From an uncultured delta proteobacterium (GTDB lineage: Bacteria > Desulfobacterota > Syntrophorhabdia > Syntrophorhabdales > WCHB1-27), in assembly GCA_963810935.1 (NCBI GenBank), contig CAWEPK010000008.1:224001-288000 (forward strand): a stretch of 64,000 nucleotides of DNA, given 5' to 3'. Position 1 is the first letter of the stretch; every line of letters starts with the position of its first letter. The notes under the pieces are model-generated. The model searched no databases and was not told where the DNA came from. It worked only from the letters and a program-made list of their open reading frames with translations. Below are positions 48,393-57,542 of the stretch, piece by piece. A program made the position numbers and the translations under genes.

Positions 48393-49520
48393 ATGAGCTA
48401 CTCGGTTTTTTCAAAAAGGTTTTCAGCAGGCGCCATACTTCTGGCAGTCTCTATTTTTCTTCTTGCATCCGCCGCCGCTCACGCACAACAGGCAGCCCCT
48501 TCCTACCCGCCTTCCGCTTCCATATCGGCCCCGCTCGTGCGGGAAGGCGACTTGGCGGCCGCCCTCGATAGTGCATTCGGCCTGGGCAACGGGCGCGACG
48601 AGGCGGCAGCCGAGAACCGTCTTTCCGAGATAGCCATCACCCCCAAAAACGGCTGGATCGCAGATTATCCTGTGACGCCCGATATCGCCTCCGAGATCCA
48701 GCAAGGGGTCATAGAAGCGGCGGATTCGGGCAGGCTCGGCTTCGGCAGGGACGAGGCGATGAACAGGCTCCAGACCGTGCTCGTAAGCGCCGGCCTTATC
48801 AACAGGCCTTATGACGGCAGCGCTTACGCCGCCGCCGCGCCCCAGTCGGCGAACCCCGGCTATCCATACCCGGACCCTGCGGCCCTCGGCGACTACTATG
48901 CCTCACAGGGGCCTCCGGTCCTGACCTATTACTCTCCGCCCCCCGATTATGCATACCTTTACTCGTATGTGGATTACCCCTTCTGGTATTCCGGCTTCTG
49001 GATGCCCGGCTTTTTCGTCCTGCGCGACTTCCACCGGCCTTACGGGACATACGGCCGCTCCTTCGTCTCCAACCACTTCGTCCGGCCGGGCACGAATGCG
49101 GTCTACCGCGTAAACCCGACCGCGAGGCTCGCGGGCACAGCGGCCACATACGCGGCTGCTCCGGCCCGTGGGTTCGCAACTGCCCGCGGCGTGGCGGGCG
49201 CTCCATCGTCCGCTGGAGCATCCGGCTCGCGAGGCCCTGCGGGCACGTACCGCTCCCCCGGCACGGCGGGCTCCGTACCGCGCAGCGCCTTCTCGCAGCC
49301 AAGCCCCTACGGTACGCCCCGTGTAGCGATGTCGGCCACACGCTCGGCCGCGCCCTCTGCGCCTGCTTTCAGCGGCGGACATAGCTCGTTCTTCAGCTCG
49401 TCGCACCCCTCATCCGGCTCGTTCCGTTCCTCCGGCGGCTTTGGCGGAGGGTCCTCGGGCGGCCGTTCTTCCTCCGGCGGTTCCCACGGCGGAGGGGGCG
49501 GACACGGCGGGCACAGGTAG
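48393..49520 (+). CDS. Exported hypothetical protein with Tyr/Pro/Trp-rich segment and Gly/Ser-rich tail
   Basis: Signal peptide (AHA-Q), NGWIADYPVTPD, YYSPPPDY..LYSYV.YPFW, low-complexity tail ending GGHGGHR. Confidence 0.75.
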   Translation: MSYSVFSKRFSAGAILLAVSIFLLASAAAHAQQAAPSYPPSASISAPLVREGDLAAALDSAFGLGNGRDEAAAENRLSEIAITPKNGWIADYPVTPDIASEIQQGVIEAADSGRLGFGRDEAMNRLQTVLVSAGLINRPYDGSAYAAAAPQSANPGYPYPDPAALGDYYASQGPPVLTYYSPPPDYAYLYSYVDYPFWYSGFWMPGFFVLRDFHRPYGTYGRSFVSNHFVRPGTNAVYRVNPTARLAGTAATYAAAPARGFATARGVAGAPSSAGASGSRGPAGTYRSPGTAGSVPRSAFSQPSPYGTPRVAMSATRSAAPSAPAFSGGHSSFFSSSHPSSGSFRSSGGFGGGSSGGRSSSGGSHGGGGGHGGHR

Positions 49521-49697
49521 TCACTGCGGATCGAATACTTATCGCGGATTAACGAGAAAGCAAAAAAGCTAAACCAATGCTTTGGGCGGCGGTAAAGGCG
49601 GGTGATACTATGGAGCAATGTGGGATACTGCGCAACCAACAAGATGCGGCGGCAAAATTGATGAGATAATTAGCGCGGGTACAGTACAGGTTTCAAA

Positions 49698-49824
49698 GGG
49701 GCCGGGAGATTTTGGATGGAATTCGCGTTGTTTTCGACGGCGCGCGGCGGAGGCGTACTCTTTTGTACGTCGAGCACGCCGCGCCTAGAAAACGACGCGA
49801 AGGCCGCCAAAAGATCCCGGCCCC
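49698..49824. repeat. Long imperfect hairpin with AGGCGTACTYTTTTGTACGTCGA core (family A, copy 2)
   Basis: Arm pairings ggggccggga/tcccggcccc, ttttgg/ccaaaa, ttcgcgttgttttc/gaaaacgacgcgaa. Lies between convergent genes. Confidence 0.75.
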
Positions 49825-49830
49825 CTATTT

Positions 49831-51135
49831 CTATTGACCCATTAGTTTCGTTGGCAGCCACGTAGCCAGTCCGGGGAAAATGAACAGCAGTATCCCGCCT
49901 ACCACCAGGCTGATAAGGAACGGGTACACGCCCTGGTAGATGGTCCCCATCGGAATTTTCGTTATCTGCTTGACGATAAAGACGCAGACTGCCACAGGCG
50001 GTATGACCACGCCTATCATCACCGTGATGGCGATGATCATGCTGAACCAGATGGGGTTATAGCCGAGCTTGATGATGGCCGGGAAGAAGATAGGCGTCGC
50101 CAGGATCATGAAGGCCAGATCGTCGATGAAGGAGCCGCCCAGCAAGTAGATGAAGGCAATGAGGACAACAATGATATCCCGGTTGAACGGCAGGGAGACG
50201 ATCCAATCGGCAGAGAGCATCGGTATCTTCGTGACGGCTATAAAGTGGCCGAGGATCGTCGAGCTCATGACGAGGAGGAGCACCATGCACGCCGTCCTCA
50301 CTGCCTCGATGATCGATTTAACATACGCCTTGAGGTCTAGGTCGCGCTTCAACAACGTCAAAAGGAGCACGAAGCAGGTGCCTACGCTGCCCGCCTCCGT
50401 GGGGGTAAAAAAGCCGAGCATGATGCCGCCGACCATCAGCAGGAAGACTACGACCACCCAACCGACCTCGGGGAGCACCCTTAGCCTTGCGCCCCACGAG
50501 AAAACCGGCCCTTTCGGCCCGACGGCGGGATTGATCTTGCACCATCCGTAAATCACGATCACGAAAAAGAAAGCAATAAGCAGGCCCGGAAAGACGCCGG
50601 CGAGGAAGAGCCGCCCGATGGACTGGTCGGAGATAATGCCGAAGATAATGAGCGTCACGGAAGGAGGCAGGAGTATGCCCAGCGTGCCGACAGTGGCAAC
50701 GATGCCCGACGAGAGCCGCCTGTCGTAGCCGTAGCGCTCCATTTCGGGGACGGCCACGCTCGCGAAAGTCGCGGTCGTCGCCGGGGTCGAACCGCATATC
50801 GCCTTGAAGGCGGTCGCTCCCGCGACAGTGGAAATGGCAAGGCCTCCCGGTATATGCCCTACGAATTTATAAGATGCATCGAAGAGCTTCTTCGCTATGC
50901 CTGAGTTGAACGCGACCTGACCCATCAATATGAAGAGAGGCACGACGGTCAGGCTGTACGACGTGAAGACATCGAAGAAGTCTTTAGCGAGCAGGTTGAG
51001 GGCCGCCTCCCATGACATAAGGATGCCGAACCCGACGAAACCCACGGCTATCATGGCGAACGACATCTCGATCCCCGTAAGGAAAAGCAAAAGGACCGCG
51101 ATAAGACCGATTATACCGACCGTTACCTCACTCAT
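49831..51135 (-). CDS. dctM: TRAP large permease
   Basis: VPLFILMG, AICGS, LGILLPPS, TPTEAG. Confidence 0.93.
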   Translation of the reverse strand: MSEVTVGIIGLIAVLLLFLTGIEMSFAMIAVGFVGFGILMSWEAALNLLAKDFFDVFTSYSLTVVPLFILMGQVAFNSGIAKKLFDASYKFVGHIPGGLAISTVAGATAFKAICGSTPATTATFASVAVPEMERYGYDRRLSSGIVATVGTLGILLPPSVTLIIFGIISDQSIGRLFLAGVFPGLLIAFFFVIVIYGWCKINPAVGPKGPVFSWGARLRVLPEVGWVVVVFLLMVGGIMLGFFTPTEAGSVGTCFVLLLTLLKRDLDLKAYVKSIIEAVRTACMVLLLVMSSTILGHFIAVTKIPMLSADWIVSLPFNRDIIVVLIAFIYLLGGSFIDDLAFMILATPIFFPAIIKLGYNPIWFSMIIAITVMIGVVIPPVAVCVFIVKQITKIPMGTIYQGVYPFLISLVVGGILLFIFPGLATWLPTKLMGQ

Positions 51136-51610
51136 ACTTACCTCTCGATACTTTCACGATGTCGGCCAGGAGCACCAGGCACTGCACAAAACAACAGACT
51201 GCAAGGGCGTAAGCGACGGGATAGAACGGCAGGTGGCGGGTCAGTGTGACCTCGCCCGCGCTGTGCAGCTCGAACCCGAGTTTGAGAAGGTTCCAGCCGA
51301 TCAGAATGAAGAGGGTCAGTGCCATGAGCCTCGTCACTATGTCGAACCCGGCGCGGACAGCCTTCGGGAACTTGGAGTAAACGGTATCGACGTATATATG
51401 CCCGCGAATCCACGAAGTAATGGGGATCGCGAAGGCCAGCACCAGCGCCCCGCCCAGGCCTACAAGCTCGTAGGTCCCGATAATCGGATGTCCGAACGTC
51501 CTGCCGACTACATCAGCAGTAGTAAGGAGCATCAAGCCAGTGAGGACGACGCACGAGACGGCCTGCATCCACTTGCCCACTTTCTCGACGTATGCCAATG
51601 CGGTATCCAT
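51128..51610 (-). CDS. dctQ: TRAP small permease
   Basis: DVVGR, GTYELV, GHIYVD. Confidence 0.9.
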   Translation of the reverse strand: MDTALAYVEKVGKWMQAVSCVVLTGLMLLTTADVVGRTFGHPIIGTYELVGLGGALVLAFAIPITSWIRGHIYVDTVYSKFPKAVRAGFDIVTRLMALTLFILIGWNLLKLGFELHSAGEVTLTRHLPFYPVAYALAVCCFVQCLVLLADIVKVSRGKYE

Positions 51611-51729
51611 GAAGCCTCCAATCACGCAGGCGCACCGCACGCGGCATTTGCCCCGCCGCGCCGTTCTTTTACTTGACGTTTACCTATCGCACTTACACCG
51701 CGCGCAGATACGCCCGTCTCATTCCATCG

Positions 51730-52755
51730 TCAATGGGTCTTCAGGTAATCCTGGCAGAACTTGACCGCCTCTGCGCCCGGCAGACCCTTCGAATTCGACT
51801 CTTTAATGTACTCGTCGGACATGGGCTTAAGCTTAGCGCGCCATCTCTCCTGCTCAGCCGCTGAAAGGTTAACGATCTTCCCGCCCTTGGCAAGCAGCGC
51901 ATCCGTCCCTTCCTTGTCCGCTTCGTCCCAGTTCTTCGCGGCCTTCTCCACCCACTCCGTGTTGATCTGCTCGATAATTTTCTGGTCTTCGGCAGGGATC
52001 ATGTTCCATTTCTTCTTGCTCATGAAGATCATGGCCGCGTTCACGTGGGCCGAGCCGTACTGCGTTACGCTGGACAGGACCTCGGAGAGCTTCCACCCCT
52101 TCATGATCTCCAGGGGACCGACGACGCCGTTTACGACGCCGCGCGCCAGGGAGTCATACGCGTCGCCCATAGGCATGCCGACGGGCGCCCCGCCGAGGTG
52201 CTCGATGATCTTCGCGCTCGACCCGGTGGAGCGTATCTTCAAACCTTTCATCTCTTCCAGCTTCGTGATGGGCTTTTTCGTGCAAAGCTGCTGCGGACCG
52301 GCCGTGTAAAAGAACATGATCTTCGCGTCATCGAGCTCCTTCGGCTTGAACTTTGCGTAAAAAGCGTTCGTCAGGTGGTTGCCCTGGGTCGCGCTCTTGT
52401 AGCCGTAAGGCAGGTCGATCGTCTCCATCATCGGAAAACGTCCCTTCGTGTAAGAGACGAACGTGTCCCCCAGGTCGGCTATGCCTTTCCGGACGCTGTC
52501 GTAAACCTGCGTCGTCGGAGCGAGAATGCCGCCCGGGAAAAAGTCGACCTTGACCCTGCCATTAGTCCTCTTTTCCACCTCCTTGCTCCAGTCGGCCATC
52601 AACATGGCCATCCTGTGCGTGGCGGGGAACGTCGATTCGGAGAACTTGAGGACCACCTTGGGGCTTTCAGCGGATGCCGCCAAAGGACAGACGGCCATCG
52701 CAAAGAACGCCAGAAGGGCGATCATTACCTGGATTGCCACAATACGCTTGTTCAT
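51730..52755 (-). CDS. dctP: TRAP substrate-binding protein
   Basis: VEKRTNGRVKV, GRFP, GLKIR, YDSLARGVV. Confidence 0.92.
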   Translation of the reverse strand: MNKRIVAIQVMIALLAFFAMAVCPLAASAESPKVVLKFSESTFPATHRMAMLMADWSKEVEKRTNGRVKVDFFPGGILAPTTQVYDSVRKGIADLGDTFVSYTKGRFPMMETIDLPYGYKSATQGNHLTNAFYAKFKPKELDDAKIMFFYTAGPQQLCTKKPITKLEEMKGLKIRSTGSSAKIIEHLGGAPVGMPMGDAYDSLARGVVNGVVGPLEIMKGWKLSEVLSSVTQYGSAHVNAAMIFMSKKKWNMIPAEDQKIIEQINTEWVEKAAKNWDEADKEGTDALLAKGGKIVNLSAAEQERWRAKLKPMSDEYIKESNSKGLPGAEAVKFCQDYLKTH

Positions 52756-52833
52756 CACGTACCTCCCGTGTTTAAGATTCTACCTGTTTCCTTTTCGCAA
52801 ACTACCCGTTTGAAACGCGGGTGGGTCCCAACG

Positions 52834-53400
52834 TCATAACCGTTTATATGAATACATGACGGCCAGCACCCTCGCCCTCTTCTTGCCGACGCTTTTCCCG
52901 CTGTGCGGGACGGACGAATCGAAATAGATGCTGTCCCCTTTGCGGAGGGTATACGTCTTGTCTCCGTAAACAAACTCGTGGGTCCCCTCCAGCACGTACA
53001 TGAACTCCTCCCCCTCGTGGGAGAAGACCGCCTCTTCGTCGAAGGCCGGGGCAATCAGGTAGGGCTCCATGTTCTTGCCCGTCTTTTTGTACGCGAGGGA
53101 GTCGTACTCGTAGCGCCCCGCCGCTGTTTTTGCGGTCGTGTTCTCCCTCTCGTCCGCACGGACGATGCACAGCTTCGTATCGCTCGGGACCTGCGTTTCC
53201 GCCGATATAAGTAACATGAGGTCCACTCCCAGACCGCGGGCTATTTTACCGAGCGTCGAAAATGGGGGGGCTTTATCGGAATTCTCGATTTTAGACAGGT
53301 AGCCTTTCGTCAGCCCGCTTGACTTTGCGAGCCGTTCCAGCGAAATCCCCTCGCCCAACCTTACCTTCCTGATATTCCCGGCTATCTGCTTTTCGTTCAT
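52834..53400 (-). CDS. XRE-family HTH regulator with C-terminal cupin
   Basis: SGLTKGYLSKIEN, HEGEEFMYVLEG, GDSIYFDS.VPH. Confidence 0.93.
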   Translation of the reverse strand: MNEKQIAGNIRKVRLGEGISLERLAKSSGLTKGYLSKIENSDKAPPFSTLGKIARGLGVDLMLLISAETQVPSDTKLCIVRADERENTTAKTAAGRYEYDSLAYKKTGKNMEPYLIAPAFDEEAVFSHEGEEFMYVLEGTHEFVYGDKTYTLRKGDSIYFDSSVPHSGKSVGKKRARVLAVMYSYKRL

Positions 53401-53494
53401 CCGCTTTTTTCTTTAACGTGCGTTGCTGGTATGGTATCCTTACTGGAAACTTCTGTCAAGAATATTTGTTCGGGGAAGGAGGCGGCGACCCATT

Positions 53495-54295
53495 ATGATG
53501 AGACTGAACGACAAGGTGGCAATCGTGACGGGCGGGGGACATGGCATAGGCAGGGCAATAGCGGCCGCCTACGCGTCCGAAGGGGCGTCGGTCGTAATAT
53601 CCGGGCGGGACGTCGGGCGCCTCGCGCAAACCGCAGGCGAGTTGGCCGCAACAGGCGCAAGGGTAAAGGCGGTCAAGGCCGATATCTCCGTCGAGGCGGA
53701 CGCGCGGAAACTCGTGGATGAAGCGGTGGCGGCCTTCGGCAGGATCGACATCCTCGTCAACAATGCGGCGGTTACGGGACCTGTCCTCCCCGTGTCGCAG
53801 ATGGATATAGCCGCATGGACGGAGACGCTCGCGACGAACGTCACCGGCACCATGCTCTGCGCCCGCGAGGCTCTGCGGTACATGATCCCGCAAAAAAGCG
53901 GCGTTATCGTCAATATGTCTTCAGAGGGCGGCAGGGGCGCGGACGGCCGCGCAGGCTACCCCAACAGGAGCGCCTACTGCTCTTCCAAGATAGCGATCAT
54001 AGGATTGACGGAGACGTTAGCCGTGGAGGTGGGACAGTTCGGCATTCGCGTCAACGCCATCAGCCCCGCCGGGGTCATGGGAGAGCGCATCAGAACGATC
54101 ATGACCAACAGGGCAGCCGCCATGGGTATCACGATGGAGGAGCTGGTCAGCCGCCACGTGTCGAACTATTCCCTCGGCAGGATGGCCGAGGAATCGGAGA
54201 TAGCGGCAGTTGCAGTATTTCTGGCCTCCAATGAATCATCCGCAATAACGGGCCAGACAATCGTGGCGAACTGCGGGCAGCATATAGTTCACTAG
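53495..54295 (+). CDS. Short-chain dehydrogenase/reductase
   Basis: TGGGHGIG, LVNNA, YCSSK (YxxxK), RVNAISP, ITGQ. Confidence 0.94.
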   Translation: MMRLNDKVAIVTGGGHGIGRAIAAAYASEGASVVISGRDVGRLAQTAGELAATGARVKAVKADISVEADARKLVDEAVAAFGRIDILVNNAAVTGPVLPVSQMDIAAWTETLATNVTGTMLCAREALRYMIPQKSGVIVNMSSEGGRGADGRAGYPNRSAYCSSKIAIIGLTETLAVEVGQFGIRVNAISPAGVMGERIRTIMTNRAAAMGITMEELVSRHVSNYSLGRMAEESEIAAVAVFLASNESSAITGQTIVANCGQHIVH

Positions 54296-54380
54296 AGAAT
54301 AAGGCCGGAGTCTTCTCGCGTCCGTTCCGTTATATATGCTACGCCGCCTCTTCCTTTCTCCGAGGCGCGCGTGCACCTTG

Positions 54381-55646
54381 CTAGAGCGGCTCGTAATGGT
54401 ACTTCGAGGCGATATACGCCATCGACTCGTCGATGGCTGCCGCCGTCTGGTTCAGATCGTCTTCGGTGTGGCGGTAGCTGATATATCCGTGATGGTGGGG
54501 GGTAAGGAAAATCCCCCGCCGGATAAGCTGCGTGTAGAAGTCCGTCCGCCTGCCCTTCTGCGTTTCTCCCTTGTCCTTCTTGAAGGTGACGAAGAACATC
54601 GGCGCCAGGCCGGACAATTCGGCCCCGGTCTCGTATTTGTCGATGGTCGCCTGTATTTTCTTCAGGAACCGGCCGCCCTTCTCCCATATACCGGCGATCA
54701 CCTTTTCGCGCTCCATTACCTCGATGGTCTTCAGGGCCGCGATGTAGCCGTCGCTGTTGGGGAAGAACGTGCTCGATATAAAGAGCTTCTGCGACGCGGC
54801 CATCATCACATCGGCCTTTCCTGTGACTACGCTGATCGCGTACCCGTTCGCCATGCCTTTACCGAGCACGGTAAGGTCGGGCGTTACGCCGTATAGCTCC
54901 TGCGCTCCGCCCATGGCGAGCCTGAAACATGTGCGGACCTCGTCGAAGACGAGCACGGCCCCGTATTTGTCTGCAAGCGCCCTCACCCCTTCGAGGAAGC
55001 CCGGCGCCGGCTCCGCCATCTTCTGATGGAGCGCGTGGCCGAACGGCGTCATGATGATCGCCGCAGTCTGGTCGCCGTATTTCGCCATCAGCTCTTCGAG
55101 GGACGCGAGGTTGTTGTAATGGAACTCGTGCACGTCCTCATAGAGCTTAGCGGGGATGCCGCCCTTCATCTCTACCGACCAGTCATGCCAGCCGTGGTAG
55201 CCGCTCCGCATGACCTTCAGCTTGCCCGTGTACGCACGGGCGATGCGGATGCTTGCCGTAGTCGCGTCGGAGCCCGTCTTGAGGAAGATGCTCATTTCCG
55301 ATGATGGGACAATCCCGGTCAGCTTTTCGGCAAGTGTATTCTGGTGCCTCTGGGTCAGGGTGAAGCAGAAACCCTTGTCTTTTATCTGACTGATGACCGC
55401 ATCATCGACCTCGTCTTCCCTGTAGCCCAGGATGATCGGCCCGTACCCGCAGAGGAAGTCGATATATTCGTTGCCGTCCACGTCCGTCAGGTGGGCGCCC
55501 TTGCCCGACTCAAGGAAAATCGGGTACTCCCCCTCGATGAAGTCGCCAGGCTTTCTCGCTCCCAACACACCGCCCGGCACCACCTTCTTTGCCTGTTCGA
55601 AATACTCCAGGCTTTTCGTGATGTTCAGTTTTCCGGCTTCTTTCAT
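54381..55646 (-). CDS. Class III PLP aminotransferase, GSA-aminomutase-like fold (possibly acyl-CoA beta-transaminase type)
   Basis: DVDGNEYID, YGPIILG, GYHGWHDW, FDEVRT.FR, PDLTVLGKGMANG. Confidence 0.88.
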   Translation of the reverse strand: MKEAGKLNITKSLEYFEQAKKVVPGGVLGARKPGDFIEGEYPIFLESGKGAHLTDVDGNEYIDFLCGYGPIILGYREDEVDDAVISQIKDKGFCFTLTQRHQNTLAEKLTGIVPSSEMSIFLKTGSDATTASIRIARAYTGKLKVMRSGYHGWHDWSVEMKGGIPAKLYEDVHEFHYNNLASLEELMAKYGDQTAAIIMTPFGHALHQKMAEPAPGFLEGVRALADKYGAVLVFDEVRTCFRLAMGGAQELYGVTPDLTVLGKGMANGYAISVVTGKADVMMAASQKLFISSTFFPNSDGYIAALKTIEVMEREKVIAGIWEKGGRFLKKIQATIDKYETGAELSGLAPMFFVTFKKDKGETQKGRRTDFYTQLIRRGIFLTPHHHGYISYRHTEDDLNQTAAAIDESMAYIASKYHYEPL

Positions 55647-55689
55647 GAGAGAATACCCCCTTCTGCCGAGACCGCGAAACGCGGGCCCT

Positions 55690-56835
55690 CTAAATTTCCA
55701 GCATTGACGAAACGCTCTCCGTCTGGTGTATGCGCGCGCCCCGGCTCATCAGGGCGGCGAGGAATTTCTCCGGGTTGATGCAGCCCTCCGGGGCCACCAC
55801 GCCCTTCACGTTTACGTCGCCCGCACGCATCATCAGCGCGGCAATGGAAGCGGGGAGTCCCGTTCCCGGCGCCATCCTGCCCACGATGTCGGCCGTGTAC
55901 GTAACGCGCTTGCCCCCCCTGTCCCCTTTTACTATCACCTTCAGGCCGGACGCCGCCGGCCCCTTGTCCCTGCTTTGCGGGATCGAGCCCCAGACCCGCA
56001 GGGTCAGGTCATAGGGGACCACTTTAACCCCTTTGACGTCTACCGGCTCGGTGCTCAAAAACCCGGTATCTTTCTGCTCCTTGATGAGGTCGTCAACCCA
56101 GGTGGGTATAAGTGCGCCTTTTATGACGACCCTTTTAACATCCTTTATATATCTTGGAATGGTGAGCGGCTGCGGATGGCCCACGTAACGGACCCGGCAC
56201 ACGCCGAGGGGTTCCAGAAAAGTATCGGTCTCCTCTCCCGTCCCGCCTTCGACGTACTCCAGTTTCCCGTCAAGAAACTGGGGGACCATGCCCGTGATCA
56301 TGTGAAGGCTGTGGTCCCAGGCCGCGCCCTCGGAGAGGTCGGCAATGGCCACCACCCAGTAAAGAGCGACTTCATCGACCCTGTCCAACCGGTCCGCGTA
56401 ATATTTGACGATCACGTTGTTCGTGCCCGGGTCGGAGCCCATGCCCGTGAGCACCGTTATCCCCGCATCCCGCGCCGCGGCATCGATCTCGGAGGCGAAA
56501 AGGATCTCCGTGCCCTGGTAATCGTCGCAGATATCGATATAGTTGACGCGCGCCTCGACTGCCGCCTTCGCAACGGGCACGGCTGTCTTGTAGAACGGCC
56601 CTGCGCAGTTTATCACTACGTCGGCTTCTTTGATAGCCGCGACGAGGCCCGCGTGATCGTTCACGTCGACCTTTCTGAGTGATACCTTGTCGCTGGCGCG
56701 GAGTTTCGGCTGCACCCTTTCCGGGTCGATGGCGATGTCCCCCAGGACAACGCTTTTTACTTGCTCCTGCTTGATCAGATCACGGGCCACCCCCTGGCCC
56801 ATGGCCCCTGTGCCGCCAAGCACCAATGTCTGCAT
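55690..56835 (-). CDS. Saccharopine dehydrogenase family oxidoreductase
   Basis: LGGTGAMG, VINCAGPF, YIDICDD, GMGSDPG. Confidence 0.88.
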   Translation of the reverse strand: MQTLVLGGTGAMGQGVARDLIKQEQVKSVVLGDIAIDPERVQPKLRASDKVSLRKVDVNDHAGLVAAIKEADVVINCAGPFYKTAVPVAKAAVEARVNYIDICDDYQGTEILFASEIDAAARDAGITVLTGMGSDPGTNNVIVKYYADRLDRVDEVALYWVVAIADLSEGAAWDHSLHMITGMVPQFLDGKLEYVEGGTGEETDTFLEPLGVCRVRYVGHPQPLTIPRYIKDVKRVVIKGALIPTWVDDLIKEQKDTGFLSTEPVDVKGVKVVPYDLTLRVWGSIPQSRDKGPAASGLKVIVKGDRGGKRVTYTADIVGRMAPGTGLPASIAALMMRAGDVNVKGVVAPEGCINPEKFLAALMSRGARIHQTESVSSMLEI

Positions 56836-56900
56836 GACCCCTCCCGCCTTTGTTGGATTAACCGTACCGAAGGAATAACACGCCTTCCGAATACGATACT

Positions 56901-56935
56901 GTATACTGTATACGAAAAATCCGATTGCATGTCAA
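56901..56935 (-). promoter_or_regulatory. Operator GTATACTGTATAC (copy 3) overlapping the -10 of a candidate promoter
   Basis: Minus-strand TTGACA at 56935-30, 17 nt, then TATACA inside the 13-mer. Extra ATAC half-sites at 56891 and 56896. Confidence 0.65.
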
Positions 56936-57542
56936 GAAAAGAAGATAAGTGCAAGCCATACGCCGCGCAAGCGCCCCGCACGCGCCTTTGTCTTCCGGGC
57001 AACAAAAAAACCTTTGCCGGGACGCTGCATGGCCACCGCAAAGGTTCCGACGTACGATAAGGCCGCCCCAAAAACGGTCAGCGGCACTGGAGCCCCCCTG
57101 CATTGCAGGTCAGCCCGTGCCGCTGAGCCTAGTTCCGCTCCCCCTTCACCCCCGAAAAATAGACTTTACGAACATATCTATACTTTGTCAACGAAATAAT
57201 TTAGGTAGACCCCGCGTCATCGCAAGTAAGCGAGATTATTGACCCACAGTCCGCTCCTTCCGCGATGACTGTATTTATTACCGCACACATGCGCCTAATT
57301 TCACAATCTTCCCTTTTCCAAAAGGCCGCTATAGCCGCTAAGCAAGCGCCCTTCTTCCCTCCGTCGCATTGATGGCTCAAATCCGGCGTGGCGATTTTAA
57401 GGGATCGCTTGTGAGCATTTTCACACGACATTTTTCTCCCTTCCCGCTCTTCGGGCGATTTAGACAGACGGGCTGCCCGTTTTTCTATAAGCGGCCGGAT
57501 GAGTTATAATAGACAACATAGCGGCGCCTCGAGAGGGAAAAA

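Noticed and set aside
54381..55646. hemL (glutamate-1-semialdehyde aminomutase)
   Set aside because: Lacks the PGGVNSPVR motif and has no tetrapyrrole genes nearby.
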